Shown here: in pieces, positions 1 through 5,021 of the stretch
How the letters are laid out: every line of letters begins with the position of its first letter
Position numbering within the stretch: position 1 is the first letter of the stretch
Assembly (NCBI GenBank): GCA_964522265.1
Contig: CAZFVS010000034.1
Span: 1,501 to 9,410, forward strand
Source of the DNA: an uncultured Gammaproteobacteria bacterium
GTDB lineage: Bacteria > Patescibacteriota > Microgenomatia > Daviesbacterales > UBA10151
Direction of reading: 5' to 3'
Length of the DNA stretch: 7,910 nucleotides
Translations under genes and position numbers: made by a program
Notes under the pieces: generated by a model
Told to the model about the DNA's origin: nothing
Databases searched by the model: none
What the model saw: the letters and a program-made list of their open reading frames with translations, nothing else

Positions 1-580
1 GGACCCTTCCTGCAGAAAGACCTCTTTTGACTTTTTTCCAAAGCAGAGGAGAAAGTTTATACCCCACCAGTCTGTCCAGCACCCGCCTGGCTTGCTGCGC
101 ATCAATCAGCTGATAATCCAGATCGCGCGGGTGCTTAAAAGCCTCTTTTATCGCATCCTCTGTAATCTCATGGAAAATCACTCTCCGGATTTCGGATTTC
201 GGATTTCGGATTTCGGATTTTTTCATTTTGGCTTTTGACTTGCTTGTCTCGAGTCTTTCCGAGGGATGACTTTTGATTTCAGAGTTACACAGCAACTCTG
301 AAATATGCCAGGCAATCGCTTCCCCTTCCCGATCAGGATCTGTTGCCAGATAGAGGGTTTTAGCCGATTGGGCAAGTTTTTTTAATTCATTAACCTTTTT
401 CCTTTTATCCCTGGGAATGATATATTTAGGCTCAAAATTTTGCTCCACATCCACTCCAAGCTCGGATTTGGGCAAATCTCTGACATGACCCATTGAAGCT
501 TCTATCTGATATTTAGCTCCCAAAAACTTTGAAAGCGTCCGGGCTTTGGTTGGTGATTCAACAATAACTAAATTTTGCAT
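1..580 (-). CDS. topA: DNA topoisomerase I, N-terminal (TOPRIM) part; the ORF continues past the left edge of the window
   Basis: Hand translation of the minus strand from ATG at 580..578, with no stop down to base 2: [97 protein letters not shown]...[60 protein letters not shown]. It carries the type IA topoisomerase hallmarks VIVESPxKA, GHxRDLP, [12 protein letters not shown], NAQQARRxxDRxVGYxxSPLLWKK and GLSAGRV. It is absent from the supplied ORF track only because it has no stop inside the window. Confidence 0.9.
   Translation of the reverse strand, partial: MQNLVIVESPTKARTLSKFLGAKYQIEASMGHVRDLPKSELGVDVEQNFEPKYIIPRDKRKKVNELKKLAQSAKTLYLATDPDREGEAIAWHISELLCNSEIKSHPSERLETSKSKAKMKKSEIRNPKSEIRRVIFHEITEDAIKEAFKHPRDLDYQLIDAQQARRVLDRLVGYKLSPLLWKKVKRGLSAGRV
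186..220 (-). repeat. Perfect heptanucleotide tandem repeat, (cggattt)x5 on the plus strand = (AAATCCG)x5 on the coding strand, inside topA
   Basis: Read directly: five identical head-to-tail 7-nt units from 186 to 220. In the topA frame they encode [12 protein letters not shown]. The unit length is not a multiple of 3. Confidence 0.95.
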
Positions 581-605
581 ATATTTACTTTCTGGTAATT
601 GTATC

Positions 606-635
606 TTGCTTGTCAAGTAGCAGGTATGCTAAATT
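606..635 (+). promoter_or_regulatory. Putative sigma70-type promoter for the 642..938 ORF: -35-like TTGCTT (606-611), 18-bp spacer, extended -10 TGcTAAATT (627-635)
   Basis: Motif match by eye only. Counting 7 nt from the last base of the -10 hexamer (635) puts +1 on A642, the first base of the ATG. No SD-like sequence lies between. Confidence 0.25.
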
Positions 636-640
636 AGCAT
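626..640. promoter_or_regulatory. Perfect 15-bp palindrome ATGCTAA-A-TTAGCAT (7-1-7), an operator-like site in the topA / 642-ORF divergent intergenic region
   Basis: Read directly: the reverse complement of 626-632 equals 634-640. It overlaps the putative extended -10 and ends 1 nt before the ATG at 642. On the other strand it lies 9 nt upstream of a perfect TTGACA (616..611). Confidence 0.5.
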
Positions 641-641
641 C

Positions 642-938
642 ATGTTAACTAAACAGGACTTGGAAAAAACCCTTGCTAAAATTCTGGATAAAAAGTTGGA
701 GCCAATAAATGAAAGTCTTAACAGTGTAGCGGAAAAGGTTGAAGGTTTAGAAGATTTTAGAACAGAGATGCAAGACTTCCAAGCGGAAACTAAGAAAGCT
801 GCAAAACGCATGGAAAAACGGATAAAGAAAGTCCAAAGAACTTTAGATAGCTATATCGAGGTTTCAGATGAAACTATTCAACAGACTCGAAGAAGGGTTA
901 ATAAAATTGAAGACCACCTCAAACTCCCTGCTGTTTAA
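642..938 (+). CDS. Hypothetical small (98 aa) highly charged, predicted all-helical / coiled-coil protein
   Basis: ORF track entry. The sequence is K/E/Q/R/L rich with heptad-like spacing (LEKTLAKILDKKLEPINESLNSVAEKVEGLEDF...RRRVNKIEDHLKL). It has no TM segment and no motif I recognise. It fills the whole gap between the topA control region and the 3' end of the ATPase gene. That it codes for protein is not proven. Confidence 0.5.
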   Translation: MLTKQDLEKTLAKILDKKLEPINESLNSVAEKVEGLEDFRTEMQDFQAETKKAAKRMEKRIKKVQRTLDSYIEVSDETIQQTRRRVNKIEDHLKLPAV

Positions 939-3472
939 GAATTATTTAAAAGGCTGGCGTCTGCTTTAAACAACTCACCTTTAACCAACCTGTTTTCCAA
1001 CATCATTTTGGAAAGATTTGCTTCTAAGGTATCCTGGATTAATCTGCGCATGGGACGAGCGCCCAAAACAGGGTCGAAACCTTTTTTGGCAAGTCCTGTG
1101 ATAAGATCCTGAGAAAACTCAAGCAGATACCCCTGTTCTTTCATTTGTTTTGACAAAGCATCAAGTTTCAACCTGACTATCTTCTCTAAATCAGGTTCTG
1201 ATAGGGGTTTGAATATGACAATATTGTCAAAACGGTTTACCAGCTCCGGTTTAAAAATTTTGAGCAGTTCACCCCGGACTGTTGTATCAATCTGATTCTG
1301 GATCCGACCCTCTTTCAGCTCCTGCGCTATCAGCAGGGATGCTGCATTCGAGGTAGCGATAATAATAGTATTTGTAAAATCTGTCAGTTTACCTGCTGCA
1401 TCAGTCAATCTCCCGTCATCTAAAACCTGCAGAAAAAGCGTCAAGATGCGCATATTAGCTTTTTCAAATTCATCAAGAAGTATTAATGCATATGGTTTAT
1501 TTTTAACTGCTTCCGTCAACTCTCCGGGATTTTCCAGCGTACCGATCAGACGGTTAACAGCTTCTTCTGTCTGGTACTCAGACATGTCAAAACGTATGAA
1601 AGCCGCCGAGTTTTTAAAATAAACACTGGCCAGAGTTTTTGCAAGTTCAGTTTTGCCTACCCCCGTAGGACCAACGAAAAGGAATGAGCCGATCGGACGC
1701 GATCCCTCCCTCAGCGCTGTAGCGGACCTTCGCAAAGTATCAGACACCACCTTAACAGCTTCTTCCTGATCAATCAATTTTTGGTGGATAATATTTTCAA
1801 GGTCAAGGAGGGTCTGTTTTTGGGAGGCGTCCAGCTCGATTACCGGCACATTAACCCTGCTTTGAAAGACTGCCTTCACCACCCCGGAGGTAATCAATCC
1901 GGTTTTTGCGGCAGCCTCACATTCAGTTAAAACAGACAGCGCTGAGTCAGGCAGAACCCGGTCATGAATCAGCCTGGCGCTCAAAGCTGCAATTTCCTTC
2001 AGAGCAATATAGGTTATTGTTATCCCTTTATTCCTGGCTAAACTTATTGCCTCGTTTTTAAGTATCAGGACCGTATCTGCCTCCGTTGCAGGAGAAAGCT
2101 CCACCTTATGAAAAACTCTGGCAAAACTCCCATTTTTCTCAATAATCCTGGCATAATTTTCCGGTTCAGTTGTGGCAAGAAACTGGAAGGTATTTGATTC
2201 TAAGTAAGGCAAAAGAAGTGAATACAGGTTAAAATTGCTACCCGCTTCCCCCAGCCCTAAATTATGAAGCTCATCTATGAAAATAATTATATCGCCTACA
2301 AATTGGACATCTTGAAAAATATCCTGAACTTTTTGGGCCAACTCCCCTTCAGTAGTAATACCGGATAGCAGTTTGGTAAAATCTATTTCAACCAGCCTCT
2401 TAATAGCCAGCGCCTCGGGGGCATCCCCTGCAATAATCAGTTTAGCCAGATATTTAACCAAGGCAGTCCTTCCCGAACCAGGAGAACCGACAATCAGCAC
2501 ACTTCTGTCTTTTTCCTGAGAAAGAATGTTTACTACTTCGGATACTATTGCATTTTGCCCCACAAAATCCGGGAAGCCTAAAGCTGCAGCATTGCGGGTT
2601 AAATCTTCTGAAACGCTGTCTAAATTCGGAGTCGGTGCAGACAACCAACCCCTGTTAACACCTCTTAAGTGCTTTACGGCAAAATCATCATCCCATATAA
2701 AAACTTTCCGCCATCTGTTTCTCTTAAATTCTAAAAATAGCAGTGCACCCTCAAGATCGCGGGAAGTCAGGTTAACTTTCAAAAGGTCATTCTGAATCCC
2801 CGGAATCTCCAACAGCATCGCCGTCCAAAAATAGGCCGGGGTAATAAACCTGGCTTGGGTTAATTTGGCAAGCTGCCAGACTTTTGCCAGAATATCATCT
2901 TTAAACTCCACCTGATGGCTGTCGAACCTATCCGGTTTAAGCTCTAAGCTAAAAAGAAAGCTGCTTACCTCATCGCTCTTCAACAAATTCTGCCAGATTA
3001 TATCTTTACGCTTCAGTTTAGTAGTCTGCCACAAATCTTCAGTTTTTTTAACCTGCCAAACAGATTTGGGCGGGCTGCTAAATAATCTGTCAATAAACAA
3101 AGCTGCACCAAGCAAAACAATAAAGGAAAAAGCGATCACTACATCAGGTTCAGACAGAAATGGTATCTGTTGAAAAAGGAGAGAAAATAGCAAAAGCGGC
3201 GGTGCCAAAAACCAGGCCAAAGCAACAATTACAATCACCATGCTTGCCAAAACAAAGGCCAGAATCCCCATTAGTATTCTGGATAGCCTGAAAACAAAAC
3301 TTAGAATTTTTCCAACAATGGACGAGTCATGAAAAAGAGGGACAAACAACAACTTAAGCATCAGCCCTACAGCCAGATCCTCTTCCAGAACCATGAGTGA
3401 GTTGTGGTAAACCCGGAGGAATACTATTAGCGCTTGCGGATACCAAAATTGTATTAAATATATGGGCAGCAT
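935..3472 (-). CDS. Membrane-anchored two-ring Clp/Hsp100-family AAA+ ATPase (ClpA-like D1-D2 layout, no M-domain, atypical D1 and pore loops)
   Basis: 845-aa ORF. The N-terminal ~130 aa are hydrophobic (ILMGILAFVLASMVIVIVALAWFLAPPLLLFSLLF, VVIAFSFIVLLGAALFI). D1 motifs: TPNLDSVSEDLTR, Walker A GSPGSGRT (aa 329-336, nt 2465-2488), Walker B IIIFIDELH, LPDSALSVLTE. D2 motifs: Walker A GPTGVGKT (nt 1649-1672, checked at nucleotide level), Walker B LILLDEFEKA, sensor-1 IIATSNA, NRFD, sensor-2 GARPMRRLIQ. The start at 3472 has no SD and M27 is an alternative, so the exact start is uncertain. Confidence 0.9.
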   Translation of the reverse strand: MLPIYLIQFWYPQALIVFLRVYHNSLMVLEEDLAVGLMLKLLFVPLFHDSSIVGKILSFVFRLSRILMGILAFVLASMVIVIVALAWFLAPPLLLFSLLFQQIPFLSEPDVVIAFSFIVLLGAALFIDRLFSSPPKSVWQVKKTEDLWQTTKLKRKDIIWQNLLKSDEVSSFLFSLELKPDRFDSHQVEFKDDILAKVWQLAKLTQARFITPAYFWTAMLLEIPGIQNDLLKVNLTSRDLEGALLFLEFKRNRWRKVFIWDDDFAVKHLRGVNRGWLSAPTPNLDSVSEDLTRNAAALGFPDFVGQNAIVSEVVNILSQEKDRSVLIVGSPGSGRTALVKYLAKLIIAGDAPEALAIKRLVEIDFTKLLSGITTEGELAQKVQDIFQDVQFVGDIIIFIDELHNLGLGEAGSNFNLYSLLLPYLESNTFQFLATTEPENYARIIEKNGSFARVFHKVELSPATEADTVLILKNEAISLARNKGITITYIALKEIAALSARLIHDRVLPDSALSVLTECEAAAKTGLITSGVVKAVFQSRVNVPVIELDASQKQTLLDLENIIHQKLIDQEEAVKVVSDTLRRSATALREGSRPIGSFLFVGPTGVGKTELAKTLASVYFKNSAAFIRFDMSEYQTEEAVNRLIGTLENPGELTEAVKNKPYALILLDEFEKANMRILTLFLQVLDDGRLTDAAGKLTDFTNTIIIATSNAASLLIAQELKEGRIQNQIDTTVRGELLKIFKPELVNRFDNIVIFKPLSEPDLEKIVRLKLDALSKQMKEQGYLLEFSQDLITGLAKKGFDPVLGARPMRRLIQDTLEANLSKMMLENRLVKGELFKADASLLNNS

Positions 3473-3491
3473 AGAAAAAATTTTGAACTTT

Positions 3492-3854
3492 TCACAAAAC
3501 CCTTATCACATTGCCTGTAGGGTCAAGCTCCACAAAATGTTTAGCCCGGCCTTCACGAAAAGCCTGGCATTGATTTTCCGGCAGGTCGTCAACCGGTTGC
3601 CTGGGACTATGGGCAATATCAGCAACCCAACCAGGTAAAAGGTCATTAGTAAGGCATGGCCCATCTGAAAAATCTACACCCAAATCTTTTTTTCGTTCAT
3701 AAACAACTCTGGCCTGGTTCACCACACGATCCAGCTCATTTGAAACTCCGGGTTTATAATCCATATCCTTTTTTTTATTGGTGGTAAAGATCACTATGGT
3801 TACGAAACCAATCACCACCAAAACCAACAATAACAATTTTGAATTAAAGTTCAT
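3492..3854 (-). CDS. Hypothetical small signal-anchored / exported protein (120 aa from the ATG at 3854) with two conserved-looking cysteines
   Basis: The ORF track gives 3492..3932. That start would overlap the dprA 3' end by 50 nt and add a non-descript 26 aa. The internal ATG at 3854 gives MNFNSKLLLLVLVVIGFVTIVIFTTNKKKD..., a classic short N-terminus plus one hydrophobic helix. A soluble ~90-aa domain follows (..DGPCLTNDLLPGWVADIAHSPRQPVDDLPENQCQAFREGRAKHFVELDPTGNVIRVL). It is 28 nt downstream of dprA and 19 nt upstream of the ATPase gene. Confidence 0.6.
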   Translation of the reverse strand: MNFNSKLLLLVLVVIGFVTIVIFTTNKKKDMDYKPGVSNELDRVVNQARVVYERKKDLGVDFSDGPCLTNDLLPGWVADIAHSPRQPVDDLPENQCQAFREGRAKHFVELDPTGNVIRVL

Positions 3855-3882
3855 ACCATAATTGTTGCATGCGGCAACCTGC

Positions 3883-4977
3883 TTAGCAAGTCCGGTTAAT
3901 ACAGTAATTGCCTCCACCCAAGTTTTTAACAAACCCCATTATCTCCATCTTTACCAATGCAGCGCTTACTTCTGACGATGATTTTTTAAGCTCTCTCACC
4001 ACATCATCTACATGCTTCTGCTCATTTTCCAAACACCCAAGTATTGCTTGCTCAACTGCTGATAAATTTTCATAATTTTTTTCTTTTTCCTTTTTACTTT
4101 TTACTTTTTCCATCCCCAGCTCTTCCAAAATATCCTCCACACAAGTCACAAGTTTTGCCCCCTGCTGGATCAGTTGGGCCGGACCTTTTGACAAATCTGA
4201 GGTGATAGGACCGGGGACGGCAAACACATCCTTACCCTGATCCACCGCTAATCTGGCAGTTATCAGGGAACCTGAATCCTGTGCTGCCTCTGTCACCAAA
4301 ACCGCCAAAGATAAACCGGAGATAATCCGGTTCCTGGAAGGAAAATTGCCTGCCAGGGAAGGATAGTCAGGCGGGTATTCGCTGATGAGTGTACCACAAC
4401 CATTGGCAATCAGTTCAGACAAACCGATGTTTTCCGGCGGGAAGATTGAATTTAGCCCTCCTCCCAACACAGCCAGAGTCCGACCCTTTCCGTCTAAGGC
4501 CGATTTGTGAGCCTGTGTATCTACACCCCTTGCCAACCCTGAGATAATTGTAAATCCGAAAGACACCAGCTCCCTGGTAAACCGCTCCGTCACCATCCTA
4601 CCATACCCTGTCATCTTCCTGGTTCCCACCACGCCAATGGCCCGTCTGTCTTCCGGTAAAATCTCACCCTTGTAATAAAATAGAACCGGCGGGTCATAAA
4701 TTTCTTTCAAAGATTTGGGATAATCCTCATCAAAAACAGTCATCCATTTTATGCCGGATTTTTTAATTGAATCTTCGTAGCTTAAAGGTTCTAATTTTTT
4801 GCGTGTTTCAATCAGAAGGTCAATAACTTTCTCCGGAATCCCCAACCCTAAAAACTCTTTTCTTTCCGCTTCCCAGGCAGTTTTAGGATCCTTAAAATAC
4901 TCCAACAGTGTTTTGAGCCTGATCGGCCCCAAACCATCTATGGAATGTAGAGCCAAAAGATATGAAATATTTTTCAT
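3883..4977 (-). CDS. dprA: DNA processing protein A (DprA/Smf), full length: N-terminal SAM-like domain, Rossmann-fold core, C-terminal winged helix
   Basis: 364-aa ORF with the characteristic DprA core: GLARGVDTQAHKSAL, GRTLAVLGGGL, FPPEN, GTLISEYPP, FPSRNRIISGLS, VLVTEAAQDSGSLITARLAVDQGKDVFAVPGPI. A K/E-rich linker comes next, then a WH-like tail (EQAILGCLENEQKHVDDVVRELKKSSSEVSAALVKMEIMGFV). Confidence 0.92.
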   Translation of the reverse strand: MKNISYLLALHSIDGLGPIRLKTLLEYFKDPKTAWEAERKEFLGLGIPEKVIDLLIETRKKLEPLSYEDSIKKSGIKWMTVFDEDYPKSLKEIYDPPVLFYYKGEILPEDRRAIGVVGTRKMTGYGRMVTERFTRELVSFGFTIISGLARGVDTQAHKSALDGKGRTLAVLGGGLNSIFPPENIGLSELIANGCGTLISEYPPDYPSLAGNFPSRNRIISGLSLAVLVTEAAQDSGSLITARLAVDQGKDVFAVPGPITSDLSKGPAQLIQQGAKLVTCVEDILEELGMEKVKSKKEKEKNYENLSAVEQAILGCLENEQKHVDDVVRELKKSSSEVSAALVKMEIMGFVKNLGGGNYCINRTC

Positions 4978-4985
4978 AACACATT

Positions 4986-5014
4986 AGCCTCACAAGGCGT
5001 CCCCTTTCGAGGCT
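4986..5014 (-). promoter_or_regulatory. GC-rich imperfect hairpin in the mrdA-dprA spacer whose 3' arm contains the dprA Shine-Dalgarno (GAGG)
   Basis: Minus-strand RNA reads AGCCUC-GA-AAGG-GGACG-CCUU-GU-GAGGCU. That is a 6-bp outer stem (4986-4991 / 5009-5014), one G.U, one mismatch, a 4-bp inner stem (4994-4997 / 5003-5006) and a 5-nt loop. GAGG (4991..4988) lies 10 nt upstream of the dprA ATG (4977). No U-tract follows, so it is not a canonical intrinsic terminator. Confidence 0.4.
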
Positions 5015-5021
5015 GTACAAA

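Noticed and set aside
186-220. The ttcggat tandem repeat as a CRISPR array or non-coding satellite
   Set aside because: The units are only 7 nt and contiguous with no spacers. The tract sits in frame inside an uninterrupted topA reading frame.
611-616. Perfect TTGACA -35 hexamer on the minus strand as the topA promoter
   Set aside because: No acceptable -10 lies at 16-19 bp spacing. TACAAT is only 7 nt away and TAAATA is 23 nt away, so I cannot support a specific topA promoter call from sequence alone.
629-811. 60-aa minus-strand ORF
   Set aside because: It lies entirely antisense to the 642..938 ORF and starts inside it. The sequence is low-complexity S/F/L-rich, typical of a shadow frame opposite a K/E-rich coding frame. 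It would also place a gene across the palindromic control region.
939-1000. Possible intrinsic terminator for the 642..938 ORF inside the ATPase 3' end
   Set aside because: I found no convincing GC-rich stem followed by a T-run. The aaaaggctggcgtctgcttt segment does not form a clean hairpin.
2454-2795. Two nested ORFs (2454..2648 minus, 2526..2795 plus) inside the ATPase gene
   Set aside because: Both are off-frame or antisense shadows of a region with unmistakable Clp D1 homology. Their translations are Cys/Arg/Ser-rich nonsense with no motifs.
642-3854. The dprA-topA insert as a mobile element or defence island
   Set aside because: It has no integrase, transposase, flanking direct or inverted repeats, tRNA or nuclease/toxin-like domains. 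Its composition looks similar to the flanks by eye. I kept it as a candidate functional module, not a mobile element.
3864-3878. Small hairpin GTTGC-N5-GCAAC just after the dprA stop
   Set aside because: It has only a 5-bp stem and no U-tract. That is too weak to call a terminator or regulatory element.
3855-3932. N-terminal 26-aa extension of the small protein (track start at 3932)
   Set aside because: It would overlap the dprA 3' end by 50 nt and put a non-hydrophobic leader ahead of an obvious signal-anchor. The internal ATG at 3854 gives a canonical N-terminus. This is not proven, so it is noted as an alternative.
4075-4112. T-rich quasi-repeat (tttttac tttttac ...) in dprA
   Set aside because: It encodes the K/E-rich flexible linker (KVKSKKEKEKN) between the DprA core and the winged-helix tail. 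It is low-complexity coding sequence, not a discrete repeat element.
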